From an uncultured archaeon (GTDB lineage Archaea > Thermoproteota > EX4484-205 > JAAOZP01): 64,000 nucleotides of DNA. The stretch spans positions 1-64,000 of the forward strand of contig CALIBN010000007.1 of the NCBI GenBank assembly GCA_938045545.1, written 5' to 3'. Position 1 is the first letter of the stretch. The number at the start of each line of letters is the position of its first letter. The position numbers and the translations under genes were made by a program. The notes under the pieces were generated by a model. The model did no database searches. It had not been told where the DNA came from and was given only the letters and a program-made list of their open reading frames with translations. This document shows, in pieces, positions 27,664 to 37,977 of this stretch.

Positions 27664-29424
27664 CTATGGCTTCACCTCCTGAAAAGCGTACTGTGAAACA
27701 TACAGCTTAGCGTAGACTCCTCCTTTACTCATGAGTTCCTCATGAGTCCCGTCCTCAACCACCTTGCCGTCTTCAATAACAATTATTCTTTCGCTGAGTT
27801 TAAGCGTTGAAAGCCTCTGAGTGACTATGAAGACGGTCTTGTTCTTAACGAGTTCCCTCAGCGATTCGTATATTTCCTTTTCTGTCTCAACATCCACGCT
27901 TGAAGTTGAATCGTCCAGAATCAGTATTGAAGGGTTTACGAGGAGGGCTCGGGCAATAGCCAGCCTCTGTCTCTGCCCTCCTGAAAGAGTAACTCCTCTC
28001 TCGCCTATAACAGTATCATATCCTTTCGGAAGGCTGGTTATGAAGTCGTGTATTCTCGCCGCCTTCGCCGCCCTCTCTATTTCGTCCCGCGTAGCGTCAG
28101 GCTTACCGTAAGCAATGTTCTCCCTAATAGTTGTGGGGAATAGGAAAACGTCTTGATGAACTATGCCTATGTTCTTCCTGAGCGAGCTTATCTTTACTTC
28201 TCTAATATCCACGCCATCTATCATGATGCAGCCCTCCTGAGGATCGTAAAACCTTGGAATCAGCTTGATCACAGTGCTTTTCCCGGAGCCGGTTGCCCCC
28301 ACTAAAGCCACTTTCTCCCCTGGCTTAACTGTAAAACTCATCCCCTTAAGTATCGGCTTATCCTTATCGTAGCCGAACACCACATCCTTAAAACATACTT
28401 CTCCTCTAACGTTTTTCAGCTCTATTGCACCAGGCTTCTCCTTAACCTCGGGCTCAGTATCGAGGACTTCAAATATTCTTCGCGCTGACACCATTGCCTC
28501 CGCGTATCTCGACAATACGAATCCTATCGACATTATCGGCCAGACGAGCATGCCTAGGTACATCGTGAAGGTGACGAGCTGCCCCAGGCTGATCTCGCCC
28601 ATAATAGCCTGGAAGCCGCCATACCAGTATACAACTGCAGAGCCGACTCCGATTATCAACCCTAGCGAAGGCCATGTTAGCGAGCTAAGGAGAACGCTTC
28701 TCATGCCTATGCTGAATATTTCCTTGTTTTTCACCTCAAACCTTTTAAACATCTCTTCTTCTGCGCCCAGAGTCTTCAAAACCTTAAATCCTGAAACGGT
28801 TTCCTGAATCATCGCGCTCATCCCGCTTGTCTCCATCCAAATCCTTTCGAACAGGGGTCTTACAAAGCGGTTGAAAGATAGGGAAACAATGCCTATGAAA
28901 GGCGTTATTGCCAGCGCTATTAATGCTAGGCTTAAGTTGGTTGTTAAAAGTATTGTGACGACTATTATCAGAATGGCTACGGAGCCTATGATGTTTGGAA
29001 GCGCGAAACCGAGTAGTCTACCTATGTTCTCCGTGTCCCTTGTAACCCTGGTTATTATTTGCCCGGAGTCAACCCTGTCGTAGAAGCTGTACGATAAATC
29101 CTGAAGATGGCGGTAAATGCTTATTCTAATCCTGTAGACTATTCTCTGAGCTAAGGATTCACTTAAATACTCGTTCAGGAAAGATATCCCACCGGCTAAA
29201 AGCGTCAGGACCATTATTGCCGCCGCGTAAAACCATAATTCTGACAATGCTTTTACGATAGTTATGTCGATAACCCTCCCTGCAATGATTGGGCTAACTA
29301 TGTTCACTAAGGCTCCTAGTATGATCATGGTTAATGTTAATGGTAGCAGGGTTTTTTCCTGCCTAATGTATCCGAGAATTCTCAGGAAGGGATGTCGGCT
29401 ACTACTGGGCATTTTTGAAACCAC
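27664..29424 (-). CDS. Heterodimeric ABC exporter subunit A (TM287-like)
   Basis: GATGSGKS, LSGGQRQ, degenerate Walker B ILDDS and switch VTQR. Confidence 0.9.
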   Translation of the reverse strand: MVSKMPSSSRHPFLRILGYIRQEKTLLPLTLTMIILGALVNIVSPIIAGRVIDITIVKALSELWFYAAAIMVLTLLAGGISFLNEYLSESLAQRIVYRIRISIYRHLQDLSYSFYDRVDSGQIITRVTRDTENIGRLLGFALPNIIGSVAILIIVVTILLTTNLSLALIALAITPFIGIVSLSFNRFVRPLFERIWMETSGMSAMIQETVSGFKVLKTLGAEEEMFKRFEVKNKEIFSIGMRSVLLSSLTWPSLGLIIGVGSAVVYWYGGFQAIMGEISLGQLVTFTMYLGMLVWPIMSIGFVLSRYAEAMVSARRIFEVLDTEPEVKEKPGAIELKNVRGEVCFKDVVFGYDKDKPILKGMSFTVKPGEKVALVGATGSGKSTVIKLIPRFYDPQEGCIMIDGVDIREVKISSLRKNIGIVHQDVFLFPTTIRENIAYGKPDATRDEIERAAKAARIHDFITSLPKGYDTVIGERGVTLSGGQRQRLAIARALLVNPSILILDDSTSSVDVETEKEIYESLRELVKNKTVFIVTQRLSTLKLSERIIVIEDGKVVEDGTHEELMSKGGVYAKLYVSQYAFQEVKP

Positions 29425-29524
29425 TTCGTGTAAAACTATTTAAAAGTTACTGAGACGCTGGTTACGTGCACTATGTTTTGATTGAAGGTGTGCCAGTGAC
29501 GCATGACGAGGGTTTTAAAGGATT

Positions 29525-30040
29525 TTAAGTCACCGTTTCAAGAAGCACCCTGCTCCGCTCATCGACTTTATTAATGTCCTCAACTATGTAAACATTATCA
29601 TTAATATCGATAATCACGATCTTCTCCCCAGATCTGCTTACGCTTCTCCTTCCCCTTGTTCTGAACTCCCTCAATCCTCTATCCGTCTCAACATGCCATA
29701 TGAACTCGTCTCCACTTGTCTCCAACTTCCTAACTCTTCGGATCACAGGCATGAAGTAGAGCTTCCCTAAAACTTCTTCAAGAGTTCTCCGCGAAAAACC
29801 GTCCATCTTCCTGTAGTCCTCTACTACGCATATCTCGTTTCCCTGAGCATCGGTGAATATCAGGAAATACGGGTTGCTTATGGGGAAAGGCTTCTTAGGA
29901 ATCACCTCGAGAAATTCCCCGTTGCTTCCCACTATCTTCACCGTGTTCGCCCTATCCCCCTTGAAGACCCTTATCTGCTCCGCGTTCACGACCCATGTCT
30001 TGCTCAGAAAGCTTTCAAGCAACGGCAACCTGTTTCTCAC
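29525..30040 (-). CDS. DUF1854 domain protein
   Basis: FPISNP...GNEI...L...YFMP.I..V......WHVETDRG..F...IID....Y..D...D.RSR; overlaps the 3' end of the upstream ABC gene. Confidence 0.75.
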   Translation of the reverse strand: MRNRLPLLESFLSKTWVVNAEQIRVFKGDRANTVKIVGSNGEFLEVIPKKPFPISNPYFLIFTDAQGNEICVVEDYRKMDGFSRRTLEEVLGKLYFMPVIRRVRKLETSGDEFIWHVETDRGLREFRTRGRRSVSRSGEKIVIIDINDNVYIVEDINKVDERSRVLLETVT

Positions 30041-32192
30041 CCTCCGTAAACTGCGCCCTATATATTTTAGCGTATAACCCGTTCAGCCTTAAAAGCTCGT
30101 CATGGGTCCCGATTTCAACGATCCTGCCCTTATCCATCACCACTATCTTATTCGATCTTTGAAGGGTTGAGAGCCTATGTGCAATCACTATCGTTGTTCT
30201 CTCCTTAGAAATATTGTCTAAGGCCTGCTGTATCTGCCTCTCTGCCAACGTGTCCACCGAAGAAGTCGCCTCGTCCATTATTAGGATCTTGGGCTCAAGG
30301 ATTATTGCCCTAGCTATAGCGATCCTCTGCCTCTCTCCTCCTGAAAGCCTAGATCCCCTCTCTCCAACAGGTGAATCATACGCTAAGGGGAGGTTCATTA
30401 TTGTCTCATGAATATTCGCAGCCTTCGCAGCCGCTATCACCTTCTTCAAATCCACCTTCTCAAGACCGTATGTTATGTTGAACAACACGGAGTTGTCGAA
30501 TAGAAACGGGTCTTGAGCGACTATCCCTATGCTCTTCCTCAATCTTTCCAGCTTGATTTTCCTGATGTCGACACCGTCTATAAGAATCCTGCCCTCGTTC
30601 ACGTCGTAAAACCTTAACAGTAGTTTAGTCAGAGTCGTCTTCCCTGAGCCGCTTTGCCCGACTATTCCAACCATCTCTCCTTTCCTGATTTCAAGGTTTA
30701 TGTTTTTCAAAACAGGGATGAAGGGTTCATACCCGAAGGTAACATTTTCGAACTTTATGTCCCCCATTATCTCGAAATCCTTAGCGTCAGGAGCGTCTTT
30801 CACAGCAGGGTCAATCCTCAGTATTTCAAGGATTCGTTCTCCAGAAGTTATTGCCTGCTGCAATGGTTCGGCAAGGTTTGTCACTGTTTGAATCGGCCCG
30901 TAGAACATCCACATGTAGCTAACGAACGCTACAAGCGTGCCTGGAGATATGTCTCCGCTGATGACGTGTAATCCGCCGACATACCAAACTATCGCAGCTC
31001 CTGCGGAGCTTACGAAGCCCAAGATTGGGAAAAAGCCAAGATGTAGCCTCGTTATGTCAAGATTCGCCCTCACCACTTCATTCATTCTTTCAGTAAACCT
31101 ATTAACTTCACCTTTTTCCCTAGCAAAAGACTTCACAACAGATATTCCAGGTATCGTGTCTACGAGTAGAGAACTAACGTCCGCCCATTTTCTCCAGGCT
31201 TTATGGTAGACAAGCCTAGCTTTAGACCTGAATCGTGGGAGTCCAAGCATTATGAGCGGTAGAGGCAATAGTGCGAAAAGAGACAACCTATAGTCCATTG
31301 TGAATATTATGATGCCTATTCCAATTATTGAGAGAACGTTAATTATCAGGCTTGGTATTCCCCACACTAAGAACCATTGGACTCTCCCAATATCATCAGT
31401 AATCCTTGAAATAACTCTGCCAGTGCTCATCTTGTCGTAGAAAGACATTGAGAGCTCCTGCACGTGGCTATACAGGTCTCTCCTCATTTCATACACCAGT
31501 TTCTGGCTTAGCAGTGAAAGCGAATAGTTTTGAAGTATTCCAAGCAGAGTGTTCAACGCATAAATGGTTATTAAGAGGATAGTCAGGTTTAGCAGCGTGG
31601 CCTCCTGTTTCTGAGCGGCTATCTGGTCTATGAGTGTCCTAAGCAGGGAAGGAGGAACTAGGTTTAAGCCTGTTATAACGACGGATAGGGTTAAACCAGT
31701 TAAGACCAGGTACCAGTGAGGCTTGAGATAGGACATGAGCCATATTATGGCGTTCCTCTTACTCTTCCCATTGTTTTCAAGGTAGAGTTTGAATTCTATT
31801 TCCCGGGGGTCCCTATACTGGAGAAGCGCGTTTATCACGCCAGCCGCATGCCTGAACTCGCCTACTTTATCTCTTGAAAACCTTGCCAAGGAAAACTCTT
31901 TACCATCAACAATTAGGATGAGCTCGCTGTTTCCAAGATAATCGTTAAAGACTACCTGCGTAGCCTTCTTGATTTCCAGTTCTACAATTTTATTCCCATA
32001 TTCCACGTCTATCTTCAACACCCGTTCGTTCGTAACTATTAAGAGGTATGTTGAGAAACTACCGTCTTCACCAAGGTCGCCTTTCGCAACTGATAAAACC
32101 ATCTCCCCTGGCTTAAGCGATTTTTCAATCAGCATTCTTTCTTTCTCGCTCAGCTTTTCCAGCAGGATTCTATGGGCTTCGTCATCCCCCAA
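30015..32192 (-). CDS. ABC transporter ATP-binding/permease with N-terminal PH-like extension (DUF1854-associated type)
   Basis: DL..DG.F....L.VT..R N-terminal domain, TMD, GQSGSGKT, LSGGERQ, IMDEATS, IAHRL. Start TTG 32192 inferred from TATA at about 32225. Confidence 0.88.
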   Translation of the reverse strand: MGDDEAHRILLEKLSEKERMLIEKSLKPGEMVLSVAKGDLGEDGSFSTYLLIVTNERVLKIDVEYGNKIVELEIKKATQVVFNDYLGNSELILIVDGKEFSLARFSRDKVGEFRHAAGVINALLQYRDPREIEFKLYLENNGKSKRNAIIWLMSYLKPHWYLVLTGLTLSVVITGLNLVPPSLLRTLIDQIAAQKQEATLLNLTILLITIYALNTLLGILQNYSLSLLSQKLVYEMRRDLYSHVQELSMSFYDKMSTGRVISRITDDIGRVQWFLVWGIPSLIINVLSIIGIGIIIFTMDYRLSLFALLPLPLIMLGLPRFRSKARLVYHKAWRKWADVSSLLVDTIPGISVVKSFAREKGEVNRFTERMNEVVRANLDITRLHLGFFPILGFVSSAGAAIVWYVGGLHVISGDISPGTLVAFVSYMWMFYGPIQTVTNLAEPLQQAITSGERILEILRIDPAVKDAPDAKDFEIMGDIKFENVTFGYEPFIPVLKNINLEIRKGEMVGIVGQSGSGKTTLTKLLLRFYDVNEGRILIDGVDIRKIKLERLRKSIGIVAQDPFLFDNSVLFNITYGLEKVDLKKVIAAAKAANIHETIMNLPLAYDSPVGERGSRLSGGERQRIAIARAIILEPKILIMDEATSSVDTLAERQIQQALDNISKERTTIVIAHRLSTLQRSNKIVVMDKGRIVEIGTHDELLRLNGLYAKIYRAQFTEGEKQVAVA

Positions 32193-32274
32193 CGTCAGAA
32201 GCGTGCACCGGAACGATTCTCTATTTAAGGCTTTTTGATTTACTGATGTAAAAAGTTGTTTGGGGACTACATAT

Positions 32275-32288
32275 AGAATCTTTATATA
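32275..32288 (+). promoter_or_regulatory. Archaeal BRE/TATA promoter (TTTATATA) for mscS-like gene
   Basis: AGAATCTTTATATA, with ATG 26 nt after the box; similar boxes precede many genes here. Confidence 0.6.
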
Positions 32289-32313
32289 ACGCTGATGGAT
32301 AACCACTGGCTAC

Positions 32314-33294
32314 ATGAGAAGCTTTAAGACGATGGGACTAGTCTTAGCTATACTTGTAATTCTATTATTATTTGTGATTTACGGCAGGACGGTAATTCCT
32401 TTCCTGCCTCCTATTTTCACCATAGAAGTTGAGCCTGCAGCCATTATCCAAGCCGCGCTGGTTGCAGCTGGTGTCTACATAACTTACGTTATACTATCCT
32501 ACATGATTTCCTCCACCATAATACGTGCGGGAGGGAAACGCGGGGATGTGAAAATGCTGACGAATTTTCTGCGTTCAATCATATTTTTCATCGGAATCCT
32601 GTTGATCGCAAGCATTTTCACCGGAGGCGGCTTGACCTTCGCCACCGCGCTCGGAGCATTCGGAGGAATGTTCCTAGGATGGTCGCTGCAGCAGCCGGTC
32701 ACCGGGCTCGCAGCATGGTTTCTGATAAACATAAGGCGCCCGTTTAAAGTCGGCGACCGTATTTTCCTACCAGCATGGGGCCTTATAGGCGATGTTCTAG
32801 ACGTTGGAATGATGTACACGACTCTGAACCAGGTCGGCGGCACTATAGGAAGCGAGGAGCCGTCTGGAAGGAGAATCCTAATACCTAACGCTATACTCTT
32901 TTCAAACGTCATAATAAACTATACGAGCGAGATCAAGACAACTCAACCATACATACTGGATGAGGTCGTTGTGAGGATAACCTACGATTCAGACTGGGAG
33001 GAGGCGGAGAGGATAATGAAGATGGTTGCAACAGAGGTGACTCCAGACATAATAAAGGAGACTGGTGTAGAGCCCTATGTAAGATCTGATTTCTACGATT
33101 ACGGCGTATACCTTAGGCTTAGGTATATGACTCTTGCTGTTGACCGCCCGAGGATAGCGCACGAAATAAACAGGAGGATATTCGAAGAGTTCCAGAAGAA
33201 TGAGAAGGTGGACTTCGCGATCCCATTCATATACTCCTACAAGAAGGGTGAGAAGGCCTTTAGAACCCTTGGAGACTCTGAGGTCCCGTCTTAA
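32314..33294 (+). CDS. mscS: Small-conductance mechanosensitive channel family protein
   Basis: TM helices; LGWSLQ, RPFKVGDRI, GDV..VG..YT, IPN, INY. Confidence 0.85.
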   Translation: MRSFKTMGLVLAILVILLLFVIYGRTVIPFLPPIFTIEVEPAAIIQAALVAAGVYITYVILSYMISSTIIRAGGKRGDVKMLTNFLRSIIFFIGILLIASIFTGGGLTFATALGAFGGMFLGWSLQQPVTGLAAWFLINIRRPFKVGDRIFLPAWGLIGDVLDVGMMYTTLNQVGGTIGSEEPSGRRILIPNAILFSNVIINYTSEIKTTQPYILDEVVVRITYDSDWEEAERIMKMVATEVTPDIIKETGVEPYVRSDFYDYGVYLRLRYMTLAVDRPRIAHEINRRIFEEFQKNEKVDFAIPFIYSYKKGEKAFRTLGDSEVPS

Positions 33295-33321
33295 AGCTTT
33301 TAACCCGGAAACCAGAAAAAT

Positions 33322-34050
33322 ATGCGTGAGACATTGAATTACAGGGAGTTCATCAGAAAGGGTTTGCACTTAGTTCTTTCACTGATACTGCTTTTACCGT
33401 TCGCGCTGAGCCATTTCGAAATAACTTTTAACGCTTCGGTTTTCTACGCGATCTTAAGCATAGTGGCCCTGACTCTGAATGCAATCCAGATTAAACGGCC
33501 TCTCTTAAGGAGTGAGGTTAAGAGCTTCATGAGGGAGAGGAGGGAGAAATTCTTCAACGATATCAGAAACTATATCCCTTTGAAAAGCAGGGTTACCAGT
33601 CAGGTTGTAGACAGGATTGAGGAGAAGATCCGCGGGGTAGAGGACCTTATAGACCACCAGTTGACGACTCTTGAGAGAGACTATGAGAAGAGAGGCGGAT
33701 ACATAGGTTTAACCTACGGGGTCCTCGGCGTAACCCTGTCCTACTTCCTATTTGAAAAGTACGCGTTCTACGGGGTTATTTCCCTAGCGACTACTGATGC
33801 TGTAGCGACCCTGGTGGGTGGGCTGAGGGGTGCTCACAGGCTTCCTTTAACAAGTAAGACTTTTGAGGGAAGCGTTTCAGGCTTCGCAACCTTTTTCACT
33901 GTTTTAATTTTAACGGGTGTTTCCCCACTCGCCTCGTTTATTCTCTCAACAGTGGCTGCAGTGGTTGAGGCTTACACGGTGGAGGATAATCTGCTCCTGC
34001 CGATAGCTGTGTCCTTCCTGTCAACATTCATCGTTAAAGGGTTTCCTTGA
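33322..34050 (+). CDS. Polyprenol/dolichol/phytol kinase family (SEC59-like)
   Basis: E..RKGLH, DAVATLVG, KTFEGS, EDNLLLP. Confidence 0.75.
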   Translation: MRETLNYREFIRKGLHLVLSLILLLPFALSHFEITFNASVFYAILSIVALTLNAIQIKRPLLRSEVKSFMRERREKFFNDIRNYIPLKSRVTSQVVDRIEEKIRGVEDLIDHQLTTLERDYEKRGGYIGLTYGVLGVTLSYFLFEKYAFYGVISLATTDAVATLVGGLRGAHRLPLTSKTFEGSVSGFATFFTVLILTGVSPLASFILSTVAAVVEAYTVEDNLLLPIAVSFLSTFIVKGFP

Positions 34051-34804
34051 ACCATTCTGTCGTAACCTGTATAACCCTGTCCTCCCAGTCTCTCCGGCTG
34101 AAAGTATGGTCTGCCCCCTCTATTATTACGAGCTTCTTAGGCTCCCCCGCCCTATCGTAGAGCATATGCGCGTGTGTAACTGGGACAACAGTGTCTTCTG
34201 AGCCATGTATAATAAGCAGGGGCCTTGGAGAAATCTTTGAACAACTATCCAATATGTCGTGCTTCAAAACGTCTGTGAAGAAATCTCTGCCAACCCTGTA
34301 GCCACTGGGCAGGTCAGCGTAACCCTTTTCTAAAATGCTTTTCAAATCCATTCCGAAAGCCTTCTCACCGTCCGAGAGGAGCCTGAATTCAGCGGGGGAG
34401 GACCATGTGCACACGGCCTTCACACTCTGGTTTCGTACAGCAGTTAAGATGGAGACTGCTCCGCCTAAGCTTAGCCCTAAGACGCCAATTTTATCGCGAG
34501 CAACCTCGCTCCTCTCAAGCAGGAAGCTTAAGACAGCGTTCAGATCACTGATTTCTGAGGAGACAGTCATTTTTTCAAACTCGCCCTCGCTCTCGCCGGA
34601 CCCTCTGAAGTCGAACCTAACTGCAGTGATTCCTTCTCTACTCATTTTCCTAGCGGCACGCACAAACAGCCTATGCGCCTCAATCCTGTTTCCCGTGAAA
34701 CCATGGCAGAAGACGACTGTCGGCGCGGGTGTTACTTTGGGAACATGTATGACACCATGTATTCTCTCTCCCATAACGTTTACAAATATCGGTATCTCCT
34801 CCAT
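34034..34804 (-). CDS. Alpha/beta hydrolase (esterase)
   Basis: HGFTG, FDFRGSGES, GLSLGG, HGSED, GADH. Confidence 0.85.
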   Translation of the reverse strand: MEEIPIFVNVMGERIHGVIHVPKVTPAPTVVFCHGFTGNRIEAHRLFVRAARKMSREGITAVRFDFRGSGESEGEFEKMTVSSEISDLNAVLSFLLERSEVARDKIGVLGLSLGGAVSILTAVRNQSVKAVCTWSSPAEFRLLSDGEKAFGMDLKSILEKGYADLPSGYRVGRDFFTDVLKHDILDSCSKISPRPLLIIHGSEDTVVPVTHAHMLYDRAGEPKKLVIIEGADHTFSRRDWEDRVIQVTTEWFKETL

Positions 34805-34871
34805 TTCTGTGGGATCAGGTTGTAAACACTATTTATAAGTTAATCATCTGGAAAGCCTTAGCCTTGAGGGT

Positions 34872-35834
34872 TTACTCAAACTCTATTGTTGCAGGAGGTT
34901 TGTCAGAAATATCGTAAAGCACCCTGGAGACTTCAGGGATATTCCTAATTATCATGTCCCTTACCCCATCAAGCCTGGCCCAGTCTAACCTAACGTATTT
35001 TGCAGTAATAGCGTCTTCGGACTCAACTATTCTCAGGGCAATCATGTATCCGTATTTTCTGGCCGAATCACTGTCTAACCCTGTAGCCCTACCTTCGAGA
35101 AGAACGGGGAAAGCCTGGAAACACTCTAAGTCTTCAAGCTCATCGTCAACTATGGCTGTTGCCTTCTTTATTATTGAAAGCTTCTCCTCAGTGACCTCGC
35201 CGAGTATTCTGATTGCCAGCCCCGGCCCAGGGAAGGGTCTTCGATTAACTATCTCGTCGGGAAGCCCGAGTTCTCTCGCAACCATCCTAACCTGGCTCTT
35301 GTAAAGCTCCTTCAACGGTTCAACTATTTTAAACCCGTATTTCTCAAGCGGGTTTATGCCTATCTGCTCCAGCACGTTATGCTGGGTTTTCACTCCTCCA
35401 GCGGTCTCAACTATGTCCGCTGCTATCGTTCCCTGCAGAATAATCTTTGCACCCGCCTGTCCAGCAATCCTTGAAAACGTCTTGTAGAAGGTGTCTCTGA
35501 AGGCCTTCCTCTTCTCCTCGGCATCCCTAATGCCTTTTAAAGCCGTTAAAAACTCTCTTTGAACATTATGCACATCCACGTTGATTCCAAGGTTTCTGAA
35601 AACCCTGCTAATCTTCTCAGCCTCCCCTATCCGCATGAAGCCGTCTTCGAGGAAAACTGCCCTCAGGTTTTTGCCAACCGCCTTGAACCCTAATACGGCT
35701 GTTACGGAGCTGTCGACTCCGCCAGATAGGGCGACAATAGCCATTTCTCCACCGATCTCTCTTCTTAAAAAACCTATTTTTTCATCGATGAATTCTCGCG
35801 GGTTGAACCGCATCATTTTGCCCTCCTTCCTCAT
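34872..35834 (-). CDS. guaAB: GMP synthase subunit B (ATP pyrophosphatase)
   Basis: ALSGGVDS, EEKRK, QGTI, KTQHNV, EPL, PFPGPGL, KPPATIEFE; no glutaminase domain. Confidence 0.92.
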   Translation of the reverse strand: MRKEGKMMRFNPREFIDEKIGFLRREIGGEMAIVALSGGVDSSVTAVLGFKAVGKNLRAVFLEDGFMRIGEAEKISRVFRNLGINVDVHNVQREFLTALKGIRDAEEKRKAFRDTFYKTFSRIAGQAGAKIILQGTIAADIVETAGGVKTQHNVLEQIGINPLEKYGFKIVEPLKELYKSQVRMVARELGLPDEIVNRRPFPGPGLAIRILGEVTEEKLSIIKKATAIVDDELEDLECFQAFPVLLEGRATGLDSDSARKYGYMIALRIVESEDAITAKYVRLDWARLDGVRDMIIRNIPEVSRVLYDISDKPPATIEFE

Positions 35835-35909
35835 ACGGGCTTAATTTAAGTTTTCCGGTGTTTCTGTTTCCGAAAATGATGTGCTAAAATATTTTTTAAT
35901 CAACCGTTT

Positions 35910-36917
35910 TTAAGCTTTTAATCTCTTATTGAAAACCTTTGTGAAGCCTATCTTCATAAGAGCCGGTAGCCCTATTAGATCAGTCGCTGTGTAGAAGAAC
36001 CGGTAGAGGAGCGATACGGACACGCCCTCTGGGAGAGAAGTACCGAACAGCTGTAGCAATGCTGCTAAAACACCCTCCTGCACGCCTAGGCCAGCTAGGG
36101 TTAAAGGTAGGTAGGTGAAGCTTGAAACAAGCGAGTATATGAAGATGAATAACACAGGGTTCAACTCAACGCCGACGGAGAGGGAGAGAAAGTAGAGGGC
36201 CATCGAGTCCAAGATGGATGTTGACAGCATTGATAAGACAACCGGCCCCAGGGCCCTCTTGGCTCTAATACTCTCCCTCTGAAAGTTTTCAATTCTCTCC
36301 AAGTAAGGGTTTAGAACTCTACTTACCATTCTGAACGAGCTTAGCCTCAACGCGAGTTTCCTAGGCTTATCGGACCAGAGGAGTGCCGCGAAGAATAAGG
36401 CGCTGGCTGCCAGAATAAGGGCACTTAAAACAACAATCAACTTTACTCCTGAAATCGATTCAAGAGGACCTATTAGATATGCTACTGAAACTATAGTCAG
36501 TAAAGCCCTTATGAGGAAGTCAACCATTCCCGATAGGACTGTCGCCACCAAGCATGCTTCAAAAGGTGTTTCGCTGAGCACCTCCATTACGAATGGGGTT
36601 ATGAAGTATCCTGCACGTCCAGGTGTAAGGTCACTCGCCAACTGGCCTGCAAAATTTGCTTGGATACAGCTTGACAGCCTTGCTTTGTATTTTAATGATG
36701 AAAGGATAAAGAAGAAGGATAGCGCGATCATCGTTGAAGCCGCTATTATCAGGGAAGAGCCGATTAGGACGTATTTGGTATCGGCTTTAAGCAGGGCTTT
36801 AAAAGTCTCTTCAAAATCTGCCTGTTGAAGCAGGATAATCAGGATGAGTAGGCCTAGTGCTAACTGGCAGATTACTAAAACCCCCTTCTTGGCGCCTTCC
36901 CCGTATCTCATGCTCAT
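35910..36917 (-). CDS. Lysylphosphatidylglycerol-synthase TM/flippase-like membrane protein (UPF0104)
   Basis: TPGRAG, PLTLAGLGVQEG, LLYR; multiple TM helices. Confidence 0.8.
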   Translation of the reverse strand: MSMRYGEGAKKGVLVICQLALGLLILIILLQQADFEETFKALLKADTKYVLIGSSLIIAASTMIALSFFFILSSLKYKARLSSCIQANFAGQLASDLTPGRAGYFITPFVMEVLSETPFEACLVATVLSGMVDFLIRALLTIVSVAYLIGPLESISGVKLIVVLSALILAASALFFAALLWSDKPRKLALRLSSFRMVSRVLNPYLERIENFQRESIRAKRALGPVVLSMLSTSILDSMALYFLSLSVGVELNPVLFIFIYSLVSSFTYLPLTLAGLGVQEGVLAALLQLFGTSLPEGVSVSLLYRFFYTATDLIGLPALMKIGFTKVFNKRLKA

Positions 36918-37074
36918 GTCACTTGGAGGATGCGAGGATTATTAATGGTTGCTGGCTGACACTGGGCAAGATCACTGCCGCGTGTATCGAGTTAAGAGTC
37001 TTAATCACTCCAGACACCGGTTTTCCCTGTTCCGCTTAACTGCCTCCAGTAAAGGTTCCAGTCATAGTTTAGAT

Positions 37075-37866
37075 TCAACTCGGCTGAGAAAGATCTTTCT
37101 CAGCCAACCTGTTCAATATTATTTTCCTTTCAGCCTCCAGCTCATCCAGCATTTTTCTAAGCCTCGCGCTCAGCCTATCATATGCTTCTCCAGATATTAT
37201 GTTATCCTTCTTCTCATCCTCCAAAACAATTAGAAAGGCCCTAATTCTCGTCATCTCCTCTTCTACAACGTTTAGGCTGGTTGACAGGGCTGGTGCTGTT
37301 GGCTCAGATACTTGAGAAGGCTCAGCCGAAGAAATTTGAGCCTCCTCCTTTGTGCCTGATAATGGTTTAAAGAGATCTATAGGTGGGCCGGATGTTTCCA
37401 CAACCTCCTCAACAGGCGGCTGGGTTACTGCTGAAACAACCTTCCTCCTAGCGTTAGGCCTAAACTTGCCTATTATGATTGCAGCCGCTGAGGCTGCCCA
37501 GACGACGAAATAACCTACCCCGTAGCTCGGAACGTTAAAGCCCAATACAGGGTTGAAGACGGTTACTGTGGTTACGAGTACCATTCCAAGAATACCCATG
37601 ACGCCGGAGCGCAACGGATAGAGCCCTAGGGCTCCGGCAGCGGTCAGGATTATGAATGATGCTAGAATTATGATCTCGTAGATTAAAAGGTTCATGGGCT
37701 GCTGTATGCCGCTCGCGACGTTTTCAATAAATTGTACCACCATGCTGAATAAGGTTGCTTGCCCTGGCTGGCCGGAGGGAAGTAGAAAGGAGCCGAAAGG
37801 CAGTAGGAATGTTGCTAGAATCATCACCAAGCCCAGTGTTATCCCGGCAATCCTGTCCATATCCAT
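37075..37866 (-). CDS. Hypothetical membrane protein with Pro/Glu linker and SHOCT-like C-terminal helix
   Basis: 4 TM helices, then a low-complexity linker, then IISGEAYDRL coiled-coil. Confidence 0.6.
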   Translation of the reverse strand: MDMDRIAGITLGLVMILATFLLPFGSFLLPSGQPGQATLFSMVVQFIENVASGIQQPMNLLIYEIIILASFIILTAAGALGLYPLRSGVMGILGMVLVTTVTVFNPVLGFNVPSYGVGYFVVWAASAAAIIIGKFRPNARRKVVSAVTQPPVEEVVETSGPPIDLFKPLSGTKEEAQISSAEPSQVSEPTAPALSTSLNVVEEEMTRIRAFLIVLEDEKKDNIISGEAYDRLSARLRKMLDELEAERKIILNRLAEKDLSQPS

Positions 37867-37977
37867 CTTTACATTATTTTTATCTTGTTGAAAACATATA
37901 TTAAGCTTCCCTTTCAGATTCCCTGGGGTTAACCCTGGAGAATGCTGATTCTCGCCTTACTTGCCTGTTTTTTCCTG

